From contig CAVRCI010000015.1 in NCBI GenBank assembly GCA_963719495.1, positions 32,001-96,000 on the forward strand: DNA of 64,000 nt. The letters run 5' to 3'. Below, one piece after another: positions 36,796-47,191 of the stretch. The stretch comes from an uncultured Verrucomicrobiae bacterium (GTDB taxonomy: Bacteria; Verrucomicrobiota; Verrucomicrobiia; Chthoniobacterales; JAATET01). The notes under the pieces were generated by a model, which ran no database searches, had not been told where the DNA came from, and saw only the letters and a program-made list of their open reading frames with translations. The position numbers were made by a program, and so were the translations under genes. Every line of letters begins with the position of its first letter. Positions within the stretch are counted from its first letter, which is position 1.

Positions 36796-37881
36796 ATGAA
36801 CGAGAAAGATATCGACCTGCGGATTCGGGAATTGGTGGCGGAGGTCGCGGAAGGGCGGTCGGCGCACCTGGTGGAAGAATTGATCAAGACGGCGTTGAGG
36901 CTCGGGCGTGAAGGGGCGGACCTCGGGGATTTGAAGCTCGTCGAGCGGTCGATCCGGGAGATGGGCGACGCGGCGAGGGTCTTCGCGCCTTACCGCGACC
37001 GGCGGAAGGTGGCGGTCTTCGGGTCGGCGCGGACGGCTTCGGACGACGGGGAGTTCAAGCTGGCTCGCGAGTTTGCCCGGCTAATGGTGCGCGAGGATTA
37101 CATGATCATCACCGGCGGAGGCGACGGGATCATGGGCGCGGCGCAGCGGGGCGCGGGGGCGGATCACAGCTTTGGGCTGAACATTCGTCTTCCCTTCGAG
37201 CAGAGCGCGAACGCGACGATCCGAGGTGACGAGAAGCTCCTCGATTTCAAATATTTTTTCACCCGTAAGTTGAACTTCATGAAGGAAACGCACGCGTTCG
37301 TGCTGTGTCCGGGTGGCTTCGGCACGCAGGACGAGAGTTTCGAAGCGCTCACGCTCATGCAGACCGGGAAGACGCAGATCGTGCCGATCATCCTGCTCGA
37401 CCAGCCGGGCGGCCGCTACTGGGAGACGTGGCTTCGCTTCGTGAAAGAGGATCTGCTTGGAAACGGCCTGATCTCGGAAACGGATTTTCATTTGTTCCGA
37501 TCGACCCACAGCGCGGAGAAGGCGGTCGCCGAAGTGCTGCAATTCTACCGGGTTTTTCATTCCTATCGGTGGGTGCGGGAGCGGATGGTGGTGCGGATCC
37601 GCCAGCGAATCGCCGACGAAGCGCTGGCCGAACTCAACGAAACATTCGCCGGGCTGCTGGTGGAAGGGCGGATCGAGCAGGTGGTCGCCCTGCCGGAGGA
37701 AGCGGACGACGAGTCGATCGCCGCCCTGCCGCGTCTGGTGTTGACGCCCCGCAAGCGCGACTTTGGGATCATTCGGACGTTTCTCGATGCGATCAACGAT
37801 TGTCGGGTTCTCGTGGGCGATGGATCCGGTTCCCCGGGGGGGAACGGGAATGTCGTTGAGTTTTCCGCTTCGGGGGCGTAG
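36796..37881 (+). CDS. LOG family (TIGR00730-type Rossmann-fold) protein
   Basis: VFGSART, TGGG.GIM, FKYFFTRK, PGGFGTQDE. Confidence 0.9.
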   Translation: MNEKDIDLRIRELVAEVAEGRSAHLVEELIKTALRLGREGADLGDLKLVERSIREMGDAARVFAPYRDRRKVAVFGSARTASDDGEFKLAREFARLMVREDYMIITGGGDGIMGAAQRGAGADHSFGLNIRLPFEQSANATIRGDEKLLDFKYFFTRKLNFMKETHAFVLCPGGFGTQDESFEALTLMQTGKTQIVPIILLDQPGGRYWETWLRFVKEDLLGNGLISETDFHLFRSTHSAEKAVAEVLQFYRVFHSYRWVRERMVVRIRQRIADEALAELNETFAGLLVEGRIEQVVALPEEADDESIAALPRLVLTPRKRDFGIIRTFLDAINDCRVLVGDGSGSPGGNGNVVEFSASGA

Positions 37882-37891
37882 GTAAGGTGTC

Positions 37892-39172
37892 ATGGCAGCC
37901 CCCGGTTCGGATTCGTTTTTTCAGAGACTGATCGATAAGTTCAGTCAGTCGCGGTTTTTCACGATTTCGTTGCTCCTGCACATCCTGCTGGTGGCGATTT
38001 TTGGCGGGACGGTTCTTTATCAGGCCGTCCAGGAGCCTTCGGACTTCGAGGGTGGCGAAGGTGGGTTTGTCGACGACGCGGCGGTGGTCGCTGCGCCGCC
38101 GATGCCAACTCAGCAGGAGACCACGACCTTCACCGTGACGGCCCCGCAGACGCAGACGACGTCGCTGAATGCGATCACGACGATGAATCCCGAGACGTTG
38201 GATTTCAGCATGAACACCGTGATGGCTCCTCCGACGGTGACTCCCACGACGGTCGACGCGGCGACGGCGGCACCGGCTCCGATGCCGACGAACAGCGCCG
38301 GGATGTCGAAGGGCGAAGCGGCTGCGATCGCCGCGACGGTCGGCGGCTGGGGGAAGGGATCCGGCACGGGGGCCGGCACCGGGCTGCGCCAGCGGGAGTT
38401 CAAATTCATCGCTTACCTCGGCAAATACAAGGGGGGGAACTGGGATTCGACCGTGCAGGTCAGTCGCGGGAAAATCGATGGCGGGAGTCTGCCGAATCTC
38501 CTGTATTTGATCTCGAAGTGGTCGCGGGATAAGATCACGACCAACGAACGCAACGTCGAAGCCGTCGACCTGGACAGTGACCGGCTCTTCGCGGATCCGG
38601 TGCCGCCCTTCATATTCCTGACGGGATCGCGCGATTTTGTCCTGACCGAGAAGGAGGTCCAGAATCTCCGCAAATACGTGAAGATCGGCGGCGCGATCTG
38701 GGGGGACAGCTCGGTTCCCGGCAAGCGGTCGCGGTTCGACATCGCGTTCAAGCGTGAAATGCGGCGGGTCATCCCCGACGTCGACAAAAAGTTCGAGCCG
38801 CTGCCCGCGAATCACCCGATCTACACCAGCAACTACTACCCGGAAATTCAGTCGACGCCCGCTGGGCTGAATTTTTACCAGGACCCGATCTACGCGCTCC
38901 GGATCTTCGGAGAGATCGCGATCCTCTACACTTCGAACGACTATGGCGACATGTGGCAGATCGGTCTGGACGCTGACGGGAAGATCGATCTCGGCACGGA
39001 CGAGAAGGGAAAAAGCGTGGCGGTGAATCAGAACATCTGGTCTCAGCGCGGCGTGTATCTGCACAATTTGGAGCCGGAATCGATCGAGCGGAGCTTCAAG
39101 TTCGGGATCAACATCGTCACGCATCTGCTGACCCGCTGGGACAACAAGGTGAACGTCGGCTCGCGGCTGTAG
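37892..39172 (+). CDS. Membrane-anchored DUF4159-like domain protein
   Basis: TM segment ISLLLH, Thr/Pro linker, then PFIFLTG...LT..E..NLRKY...GG, LP.NHPIY, GINIV. Confidence 0.75.
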   Translation: MAAPGSDSFFQRLIDKFSQSRFFTISLLLHILLVAIFGGTVLYQAVQEPSDFEGGEGGFVDDAAVVAAPPMPTQQETTTFTVTAPQTQTTSLNAITTMNPETLDFSMNTVMAPPTVTPTTVDAATAAPAPMPTNSAGMSKGEAAAIAATVGGWGKGSGTGAGTGLRQREFKFIAYLGKYKGGNWDSTVQVSRGKIDGGSLPNLLYLISKWSRDKITTNERNVEAVDLDSDRLFADPVPPFIFLTGSRDFVLTEKEVQNLRKYVKIGGAIWGDSSVPGKRSRFDIAFKREMRRVIPDVDKKFEPLPANHPIYTSNYYPEIQSTPAGLNFYQDPIYALRIFGEIAILYTSNDYGDMWQIGLDADGKIDLGTDEKGKSVAVNQNIWSQRGVYLHNLEPESIERSFKFGINIVTHLLTRWDNKVNVGSRL

Positions 39173-39627
39173 CGGACCGACGGGGCGGGGTCCCGATTGG
39201 ACGGGCGGTGCGCGGGGAGAGAGCTTCGAATTTTTTCGGTGGTGCGGCTGGTTGGGCGCGTTTTGGTGGGCCCCTACCGCGATGCTGTTGGCGGAGTATT
39301 GGGCGTATTTCTGTGGGCGTTCGTCGCTGGTGACCGGAAGTGGGCACCCGGCGGCGCGGCTGCCCCACCATTGGTAGGGCTCGCTGTCGCGATGCAACCG
39401 GCGGCCAAACCGAATTTTGGAGATGGGCGAGACTGGGGTTGGAGGTCAGTGCACGCGGAGCGCAGGGTCCAAACGCGGAGGGCGAGGCTCCTGCCGAGCC
39501 GTGATTCATGGATCTGCGCCGATTGGGGGTTCGGGCGGTTTGGGTGTGGGGCGACGGCTCGGCGGGAGCCTCGCCCTCCGGTTGGGATGGTGGTTTGCGC
39601 GGCGAACGAGGCTCTTCGGTGAGGGGC

Positions 39628-42270
39628 TCAGGTCGTGGGGTGGTCTTCGAGGAGCTTGATGATCAGGGCGGTCCAGCCGGTTTGGTGGCTGGCTCCGAGG
39701 CCGCGGGCGGTTTCGCCGTGGAAGTATTCGGAGAAGAGGACGTGGTCGCGCCAGTGCTCGCGGGTGAAGAGCGGATCGCCGCCGTTGCAGGGTCGGTGGC
39801 CCTCGGCGTCCGGGCGGAAGATGGCGGCGAGGCGGCGGGAGATTTCGGCGGCTATTTGCTGGAGGTTGCGGTGATGGCCGGAGCCGGTGGGGCATTCCAT
39901 TTGGAAGTCGTCGCCGTAGAAGTGGTGGTAGCGTTCGAGGGCCTCGACGAGGAGGTAGTTGATGGGGAACCAGATGGGGCCGCGCCAATTGGAATTGCCG
40001 CCGAAGAGGTGGCTGTCGCTTTCGCCGGGGACGTAGGACACGCGCTCTTCGCCGCCGGGCCAGCGGAAAACGAACGGGTGCTCGGCGTGGGCTTTCGAGA
40101 GGGATCGGATGCCGAAGGGGGAGAGGAATTCGGCCTCGTCGAGCATTGTGCGGAGCGTGCGCTCGAGGCGTTCGCGTGAGGGGATCGCGAGGATGCGATG
40201 GACGTCGCCGGGGCAGGTCTGGCACCAGTGGGTGACCTCGTCGAGATCGGCGCGGTTGGCGACGAACCAGTCGAGGCGTTTTTTAAAATTCGGCAGGGCG
40301 CGGATTTGATCCTCTTCGAAGACTTCGACGGCGATGAGTGGGAGGAGGCCGACGAGGGACCGGGTGCGCAGGGGGCGGGTGTGGCCGTCGACTTTGAGTT
40401 GGTCGTAGTAGAAGCCGTCGGTTTCGTCCCAGAGGCCGTCGCCGCCGAGCTCGTTCATGGCGTCGGAGATGAAGACGAAGTGCTCGAAGAATTTCGAAGC
40501 CAGGTCCTCGTAGACGGGGTTGTCCCGCGCGAGTTCGAGGGCCATCGCGAGCATGGTGAGACAATAGAACGCCATCCAGGCGGTGCCGTCGGCCTGCTGG
40601 AGGGTGCCGCCGGTGGGGAATGGCTTCGAGCGGTCGAAGACGCCGATGTTGTCGAGACCGAGGAACCCGCCTCCGAAGAGGTTATTGCCGTCGACGTCCT
40701 TGCGGTTCACCCACCAGGTGAAGTTGAGGAGCAGCTTCTGGAACGTGCTCTCGAGGAAGGAGCGGTCGCGCTGGCCGCGGGCGGCGGTGAGTTTATACAC
40801 GCGCCAGGCGGCCCACGCGTGGACGGGGGGATTGACGTCGGAGAAATTCCATTCGTAGGCGGGGATCTGGCCGTTCGGGTGGAGATACCATTCGCGGAGG
40901 AAGAGGGTGAGCTGGGACTTCGCGAATCCTGGGTCGATGCGGGCGAATGGGATCATGTGAAACGCCGTGTCCCAAGCGGCGAACCACGGGTATTCCCACT
41001 TGTCGGGCATCGAGAGGATGTCGCGGCTGTAAAGGTGCGGCCAGTGGGCGTTGCGGCCGGTCAGCCGTGCCGGGGGCGGGGTGGGTTCGTTGGCGTCGCC
41101 GGCGAGCCAGTCCTCGACGATGTAGTGGTAGAATTGCTTGCTCCAGACGAGGCCGGCGTAGCCTTGGCGGATGATGGCGCGGGCCGCGGCGTCGAGGGTG
41201 GGCGGGGTGATGGCGGAGTGGAAGGTGTCGGCTTCTTGGCTTCGCCGGGTGAAGAGGGTGTTGTTGTTGGTTATTGGTTGTTGGTTATTGGTGGATGCGG
41301 TGAGGCGGAGGTGGTGGGTGCGGCTCTCGCCGGGGGCAAGGGTGGCGGTGAGGTGGGGGGCGAATTTCGTGCCGGTCGTGGCATTGGTCGCGGTCGGGTC
41401 GCCGTGAATGACGGTGGCGTGGAAGCCGTCTTTGACGAAGGGGGTGGCGTTCGGCTGGCCGTAGAGTCGTTCGACGTTGGTCTCGTTCTCGGTGAAGAGA
41501 GGCGGGGCTTCGGCGTCCTCGTAGCGGAAGGTGAAGTCGCCGAGCTTCGGGTGGTGGGCGGCGACCTGACCGGGTTCGGTGAGGGTGAGGGTTGGCTTTT
41601 CGCCGATGCCTTCGTGGGCTTCGCCCCAGGTCCATTGGTTGCGGAACCAAAGCGTCGGGAGGAGGTGGTAGGGGGCTGGGTCGGGGCCGCGGTTGGTGAC
41701 GGTGATGCGGATCGCGATGTCGTCGGGGGCGGCTTTGGCGTATTCGGCGACGACGTCGAAGTAGCGTTCGTCGTCGAAGACGCCCGTGTCGGCGAGTTCG
41801 AACTCGCGGTCGCGGAGGCCGCGGCGGGCATTTTCGGCGATGAGCTGCTGGTAGGGAAATTCGGCCTGCGGGTATTTGTAGAGCGCGCGGAGGTAGGAGG
41901 CGGTTGGGGTGGCGTCGAGGTAGAAGTAGTGCTCCTTCACGTCCTCGCCGTGGTTGCCTTCGGGGCCGGTCAGGCCAAAGAGTCGCTCCTTGAGGATGGG
42001 GTCGCGGCCGTTCCAGAGCGCGAGGGCGAAGCAGAGCTGGCAGCGGGCGTCGGTGATGCCGAGGAGCCCATCCTCGCCCCAGCGGTAGGCGCGGGAGCGG
42101 GCGTGGTCGTGGGGGAAGGCATTCCAGGCGTCGCCGGTGGCGGAATAATCCTCGCGGACGGTGCCCCACTGGCGCTCGGAGAGGTAGGGTCCCCACTGCG
42201 ACCAGTAGGCTTCGCGGCGGTCGTTGGCGACGAGGCGGGCGTGTTCGGCGGTGGGAGGTTCGGAATTCAA
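39628..42270 (-). CDS. GH63 / MGH1-like glucosidase
   Basis: WGPYLSERQWGTVREDYS, MPDKWEYPWFAAWD, FLGLDNIG, GASHQTGWT; TTG start approximate. Confidence 0.9.
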   Translation of the reverse strand: MNSEPPTAEHARLVANDRREAYWSQWGPYLSERQWGTVREDYSATGDAWNAFPHDHARSRAYRWGEDGLLGITDARCQLCFALALWNGRDPILKERLFGLTGPEGNHGEDVKEHYFYLDATPTASYLRALYKYPQAEFPYQQLIAENARRGLRDREFELADTGVFDDERYFDVVAEYAKAAPDDIAIRITVTNRGPDPAPYHLLPTLWFRNQWTWGEAHEGIGEKPTLTLTEPGQVAAHHPKLGDFTFRYEDAEAPPLFTENETNVERLYGQPNATPFVKDGFHATVIHGDPTATNATTGTKFAPHLTATLAPGESRTHHLRLTASTNNQQPITNNNTLFTRRSQEADTFHSAITPPTLDAAARAIIRQGYAGLVWSKQFYHYIVEDWLAGDANEPTPPPARLTGRNAHWPHLYSRDILSMPDKWEYPWFAAWDTAFHMIPFARIDPGFAKSQLTLFLREWYLHPNGQIPAYEWNFSDVNPPVHAWAAWRVYKLTAARGQRDRSFLESTFQKLLLNFTWWVNRKDVDGNNLFGGGFLGLDNIGVFDRSKPFPTGGTLQQADGTAWMAFYCLTMLAMALELARDNPVYEDLASKFFEHFVFISDAMNELGGDGLWDETDGFYYDQLKVDGHTRPLRTRSLVGLLPLIAVEVFEEDQIRALPNFKKRLDWFVANRADLDEVTHWCQTCPGDVHRILAIPSRERLERTLRTMLDEAEFLSPFGIRSLSKAHAEHPFVFRWPGGEERVSYVPGESDSHLFGGNSNWRGPIWFPINYLLVEALERYHHFYGDDFQMECPTGSGHHRNLQQIAAEISRRLAAIFRPDAEGHRPCNGGDPLFTREHWRDHVLFSEYFHGETARGLGASHQTGWTALIIKLLEDHPTT

Positions 42271-42407
42271 GGCGGATTTTTGAACAGAAGGGAGCGAAGG
42301 AAGCAAAGAATACAGGAAAGGGAATGCGAGGTGGTGAAGGATTTGCGCTTCGCGGGTTTTTTGGAAATCGGCTGGAAGCCGATGGCACGGTCGGGTAGCC
42401 ACGCCGA

Positions 42408-43409
42408 GTGATTTTGGATCGTCGATTGAGGTATTGGTTTGCTTGGTTGGTGGTCTTTTACGCCGGCTGGCTGGTTCTCGTAACCGTCGGTGGACAGTGG
42501 CCGGTGGTGGCGGGGCATTGGCCGATCGCGGCGGCGATGGCGGCGGGGTCCTACGTGGCGGGGGCAACGCCGATGGGCGGGGGGACGGTGGGATTCCCGA
42601 TTCTGGTGCTGGCGTTTCACCAGTCGGCGGAATTGGGGCGGGATTTTTCGTTCGCGGTGCAGAGCGTGGGGATGACGAGCGCGACGCTGTTCATCGTCGC
42701 GCGGCGGCAGCCGGTCGAGTGGCCGATGCTGCGGTGGGCGGTGTTGGGGTCGGCGCTCGGAACGCCGCTTGGGATCGTGTTCATCGCGCCGCTGGTGCCG
42801 GGGATCGCGGTGAAGGTCGTTTTCGCCGTGGTGTGGGCGAGCTTCGGTGTGCTGCACTTGTTTCGATTGCGAGAGTTCGCGCGACACGACGGTCTCGCTC
42901 CGACCGCCCACCGGTTTGACCGGGTCGCGGGATTGGCTACCGGCTTGCTGGCGGGTGCGACCGTGGCAGCGGTGACGGGGGTGGGGATCGACATGGCTCT
43001 CTACTGCGTGCTGGTGCTGCTGTGTCAGGCGGATCTCAAAATCGCGATCCCGACGTCGGTCGTGATCATGGCGGCGACTTCGCTGATCGGCGTGGCGACG
43101 AAGTTGACGGTGGGCGGGGGGATGCAGCCGGGGGTTTACGAAAACTGGTTGGCGGCGGCTCCGGTCGTCGTGCTCGGGGCTCCGATGGGAGCGTTCGTCG
43201 TCGATCGGCTCGGCCGGGTGCCGACGTTGTTTTTCGTGTCGGTGCTGTGCGTCGGACAATTTGCCTGGGCGATGTGGGACGGATGGCCGGTGCTGGGGGC
43301 GGTGGGGCTGGCCGGGTCGGTCGCCGGGGTGGGCGTGGTCTGCGCGGGGTTCGGGAGGCTGCACGCCCGGGGTGATCGTTTGAATCGGCGCGGTGCGCGC
43401 TCGTCTTGA
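42408..43409 (+). CDS. TauE/SafE (TSUP) family transporter
   Basis: AGATPMGGGTVGFP, QSVGM, GVGID, AIPTSV, APVVVLGAP. Confidence 0.85.
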   Translation: MILDRRLRYWFAWLVVFYAGWLVLVTVGGQWPVVAGHWPIAAAMAAGSYVAGATPMGGGTVGFPILVLAFHQSAELGRDFSFAVQSVGMTSATLFIVARRQPVEWPMLRWAVLGSALGTPLGIVFIAPLVPGIAVKVVFAVVWASFGVLHLFRLREFARHDGLAPTAHRFDRVAGLATGLLAGATVAAVTGVGIDMALYCVLVLLCQADLKIAIPTSVVIMAATSLIGVATKLTVGGGMQPGVYENWLAAAPVVVLGAPMGAFVVDRLGRVPTLFFVSVLCVGQFAWAMWDGWPVLGAVGLAGSVAGVGVVCAGFGRLHARGDRLNRRGARSS

Positions 43410-43437
43410 GCGCCTGAAGGCGCTAGGGTCGGCGGCT

Positions 43438-45246
43438 ATGGGTTATCAGCCGATCGAGAATTACGGAGTTGTCGGGGATCTTCACACCGTCGCGTTGGTC
43501 GGGATGGATGGGTCGATCGACTTCATGTGTTTTCCGCACTTCGATTCGCCGTCGGTTTTCGCGGCGATGCTGGACGACACGAAGGGCGGCCGTTTTTCGC
43601 TCGCGCCGGTCATGCGGGACGCGAAGCACAAGCAGATGTATCTGCCGGACACGAACATCCTGCTGACGCGGTTTCTGGCGCACGAAGGAATTGGCGAAGT
43701 GTCGGATTTCATGCCCGTCGAGGAGAAGGGGCACGCGCACCAGATCATCCGGCGGGCGAAGGCGGTGCGGGGTGACATTCGGTTTCGGCTGAACTTCGCG
43801 CCGGCCTTCAACTATGGCCGCTCGGGCCACCGCATCGAGCGGACGTCGGACGGGATTGTCTTCACGAGCGAAGGGCCGGACGAGACGGCGCTGCGGTTGA
43901 TCGTGCAGCACGACGTGGAGATCCAGACCGACAACGGCGCGGCGACGGCGGAGTTCACGCTGCACGCCGGCCAGACGGTGTTCGTCATCATGGAGGACGC
44001 ACGGGATTGCAACGCGCCGCACCGACGGCGGAGCGACGACGTGTCGCAGCTGTTCAAGGAGACGCTGAATTTCTGGCGCAGTTGGTGTCATCATTCGAAC
44101 TACCGGGGGCGCTGGCGCGAGATGGTCAAGCGGTCGGCGCTCACGCTCAAAATGCTCGTCTCGCATCCGCACGGATCGATCGTGGCGGCACCGACCTTCG
44201 GGTTGCCGGAGGCGATCGGCGGCGGGCGGAATTGGGATTACCGCTACACGTGGATTCGGGACGCCTCGTTCACGATCTATGGGCTGATGCGTCTCGGCTA
44301 CACGAGCGAAGCCAAGCACTTCATGGGATGGATCGAGGAGCGTTGCCGCGAGCTGGCGGGCGGGCAGATGGACATCATGTACTCGATCGACGGGCGGACC
44401 GAGTTGCCGGAGATCACGCTCGACCACTGGGAGGGATACCGGAAGTCGTCGCCGGTGCGAATTGGCAACGCGGCCCACGCTCAGCTGCAGCTCGACATCT
44501 ACGGTGAGCTGATGGACTCGGTCTATCTCTACAACAAATACGGCGAGCCGATTTCCTACGATCTCTGGACGAGCCTCACCCGGATGATCGACTGGGTCTG
44601 CGACAATTGGAAGCGGCCGGACGAGGGGATCTGGGAAATCCGCGGGGAGAAGCAGCATTTCACCTACTCACGGGTGATGTGCTGGGTGGCGATCGACCGC
44701 GGCGTGCGCCTTGCGCTCAAGCGTTCCTTCCCGGCACCGCTGGCCCGCTGGATGAAGGTGCGCGACGAGATCTACCAGGACGTTTACAAAAACTTTTGGA
44801 ACGCGGACCTACAGACGTTCGTCCAGCACCTCGGGTCGACAGCGGTGGATGCGTCCTGCCTGTTGATGCCGATGGTGAAGTTCATCGGGCCGACGGACCC
44901 GCGCTGGATCTCCACTCTGCGGGCGATTGAGCGCTCGTTGGTCGAAGATTCCACGGTTTATCGCTACAGCACGGCCGATGGCGCGCACGACGGACTCGAG
45001 GGCACGGAGGGGACGTTTTCGATGTGTTCGTTCTGGTATGTCGAGTGTCTGTCGCGGGCGGGCGACGTCGACAAGGCGCGGTTTCTCTTTGAAAAGACGC
45101 TCGGTTACGCGAATCACCTCGGGCTCTATTCGGAGGAACTGGGGCCGTGCGGCGAGCATCTCGGGAATTTCCCGCAGGCGTTCACCCACCTCGCGTTGAT
45201 CAGCGCGGCTTACAATCTGGACGTCGAGCTAACAGCTCGGCGGTAG
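43438..45246 (+). CDS. GH15 glycoside hydrolase (trehalase/glucoamylase-like)
   Basis: PIENY..GD, RNWDYRYTWIRD, QLDIYGE, PDEGIWE, GNFPQAFTH. Confidence 0.93.
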   Translation: MGYQPIENYGVVGDLHTVALVGMDGSIDFMCFPHFDSPSVFAAMLDDTKGGRFSLAPVMRDAKHKQMYLPDTNILLTRFLAHEGIGEVSDFMPVEEKGHAHQIIRRAKAVRGDIRFRLNFAPAFNYGRSGHRIERTSDGIVFTSEGPDETALRLIVQHDVEIQTDNGAATAEFTLHAGQTVFVIMEDARDCNAPHRRRSDDVSQLFKETLNFWRSWCHHSNYRGRWREMVKRSALTLKMLVSHPHGSIVAAPTFGLPEAIGGGRNWDYRYTWIRDASFTIYGLMRLGYTSEAKHFMGWIEERCRELAGGQMDIMYSIDGRTELPEITLDHWEGYRKSSPVRIGNAAHAQLQLDIYGELMDSVYLYNKYGEPISYDLWTSLTRMIDWVCDNWKRPDEGIWEIRGEKQHFTYSRVMCWVAIDRGVRLALKRSFPAPLARWMKVRDEIYQDVYKNFWNADLQTFVQHLGSTAVDASCLLMPMVKFIGPTDPRWISTLRAIERSLVEDSTVYRYSTADGAHDGLEGTEGTFSMCSFWYVECLSRAGDVDKARFLFEKTLGYANHLGLYSEELGPCGEHLGNFPQAFTHLALISAAYNLDVELTARR

Positions 45247-45348
45247 CGAAAAAGAAGTGTTTCCGAAGCGAAGCCGCGGAAGGGGTGATTCTACCGGTCG
45301 TCCGATCTCTTGTTTCGACGTAATTGGAATCGGTATTAACGTCGGTGC

Positions 45349-46161
45349 ATGAAAAAGCTGCTAACAGGATTACTCGGAGTTTCTCTTTGGACCGGCGTGG
45401 CGGGAGCGGAGGTCACGTCGAAGAATGTGACTTATCCGGCGGGCGACGTGACCGCGAAGGCGCTGCTGGCCACGCCGGCTGGTGAGGGCAAGCATCCCGG
45501 GGTGCTCGTCGTCCACGAATGGTGGGGTCTCAACGACTACGCCAAAGGGCGCGCGGAGTTGCTCGCGGAGCTGGGCTACGTCGCGCTCGCGGTCGACATG
45601 TATGGCGACGGGAAGTTGGCCGAGCATCCGGACGACGCCGGAGCCTTCGCCAAGGCCGTGATGAGCGACCGGGACGAAGCCACCGAACGCTTCGAGGCGG
45701 CGATGAAGTACCTCAGATCGCAGCCGGAGGTCGACGCGGAGAAAATTGCGGCGATCGGGTATTGTTTCGGCGGCGGGGTGGTTCTTCAGATGGCGGCCAG
45801 CGGAGTCGAAGGGCTCGACGGAGTCGCGAGTTTTCACGGTTCGCTCGGTGCGGAGGTGCCGGAAGGAGTGACGCCAACGACTCGGATGTTGGTGATGACC
45901 GGCACCGCGGACGAGTTCGTGCCCGATCATCAGATCGAAGCCTTCGAAAAGCGCATGAATGACGCGGGGGCCAACGTGACGATCACGAAATACCCGGGCG
46001 CCAAACACAGTTTCACGAATCCGGGAGCCGACGCGATGGCCGAGGAATTCGGGATGCCGATCGGCTACGACGCCGATGCCGACAGGAAATCCTGGGCCGA
46101 GTTGAAAGAGTTCCTTTCGAGCGTTTTCGCAATCGACGGCCAGCCGGGCACCGACGACTGA
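45349..46161 (+). CDS. Secreted dienelactone hydrolase family protein
   Basis: Signal peptide; VHEWWGLN, GYCFGG, SFHG, AKHSFTNP. Confidence 0.9.
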   Translation: MKKLLTGLLGVSLWTGVAGAEVTSKNVTYPAGDVTAKALLATPAGEGKHPGVLVVHEWWGLNDYAKGRAELLAELGYVALAVDMYGDGKLAEHPDDAGAFAKAVMSDRDEATERFEAAMKYLRSQPEVDAEKIAAIGYCFGGGVVLQMAASGVEGLDGVASFHGSLGAEVPEGVTPTTRMLVMTGTADEFVPDHQIEAFEKRMNDAGANVTITKYPGAKHSFTNPGADAMAEEFGMPIGYDADADRKSWAELKEFLSSVFAIDGQPGTDD

Positions 46162-46184
46162 CCTCCAGTCGGGCTGGATCGAGT

Positions 46185-47033
46185 TCAACCGCCGGTTGCG
46201 AATCCCGGGTAGAGAGTCATCCCGCCGTCCACGAAGAGCGTGATGCCAGTCACGTAATCCGACTCGTCGGACGCGAGCCAGACCGCGGCGCGTCCGATTT
46301 CGGAAGGCTCGCCGATCCGGTTCGACGGGATGTGGTTCATGAGATCCTCGTTTCGTTCGGGATCGCTCCAGGTCTTCTCGTTGATCGGTGTGCGGATCGC
46401 GCCCGGTCCGATGCTGTTCACCCGGATTTTGAGCGGGGCCATTTCCTGCGCGATGGACTTCATCATCAGCATAATGCCGCCCTTCGACGCCGCGTAATTG
46501 ACGTGGCCGGCCCACGGGATCACCTCGTGGACCGAACTCATGCAGATGATCTTACCGAGCGCGCGCGAGACGCCCGGACGCATTCCGCGGCGTTTGAATT
46601 CCCGGACGGCGCCGCGCGCGCAGAGGAATTGACCCGTGAGGTTCACGTCGATGACTTTTTGCCATTTTTCGAGGGTGAGTTCGTCGAATGGGGCGTCCAG
46701 TTGGATCCCGGCGTTGGCGACGAGGATGTCCACCGTTCCGAATTCCTCCCGCGTCCGCTCGAACATCGCTTCGACGTCGGCTTCGCTCGAAACGTCCGCT
46801 TGCACGGCGATGGCGTTGCCACCCGCGCCGCGAATGTCGGCGACCACGGCATTGGCTGCGTCGCGGCTTCCGACGAAATTGACCACCACCGCGGCACCCG
46901 CGTCGGCGAGAGAGTGCGCCACCGCTTTTCCGATCCCGGAGCTGGCCCCCGTGACGATTGCCGTCTGCCCTTGAAGCGGGGATTGCGTGCGCGATGGATG
47001 GGGTGCCGTCGAAGAAGGATTCGCTTCACTCAT
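46185..47033 (-). CDS. Glucose 1-dehydrogenase-like short-chain dehydrogenase
   Basis: TGASSGIG, SSVHEVIPW, YAASKGG, GPGAIRTPIN, VDGGMTLYP. Confidence 0.88.
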   Translation of the reverse strand: MSEANPSSTAPHPSRTQSPLQGQTAIVTGASSGIGKAVAHSLADAGAAVVVNFVGSRDAANAVVADIRGAGGNAIAVQADVSSEADVEAMFERTREEFGTVDILVANAGIQLDAPFDELTLEKWQKVIDVNLTGQFLCARGAVREFKRRGMRPGVSRALGKIICMSSVHEVIPWAGHVNYAASKGGIMLMMKSIAQEMAPLKIRVNSIGPGAIRTPINEKTWSDPERNEDLMNHIPSNRIGEPSEIGRAAVWLASDESDYVTGITLFVDGGMTLYPGFATGG

Positions 47034-47191
47034 GGAGGTTATTCAAAACAGCACGCCCGGCTGACCGCAAGTCGAAGCGGGACGTGGCGGAAATGTTTTT
47101 GCGGCCCACCGACCAGAAAACTTTTGATTATCTTCAGGAAACACCTAATACTCACGACACGAAACAAAGCAAATCTAGGAGGAAACGTAAA

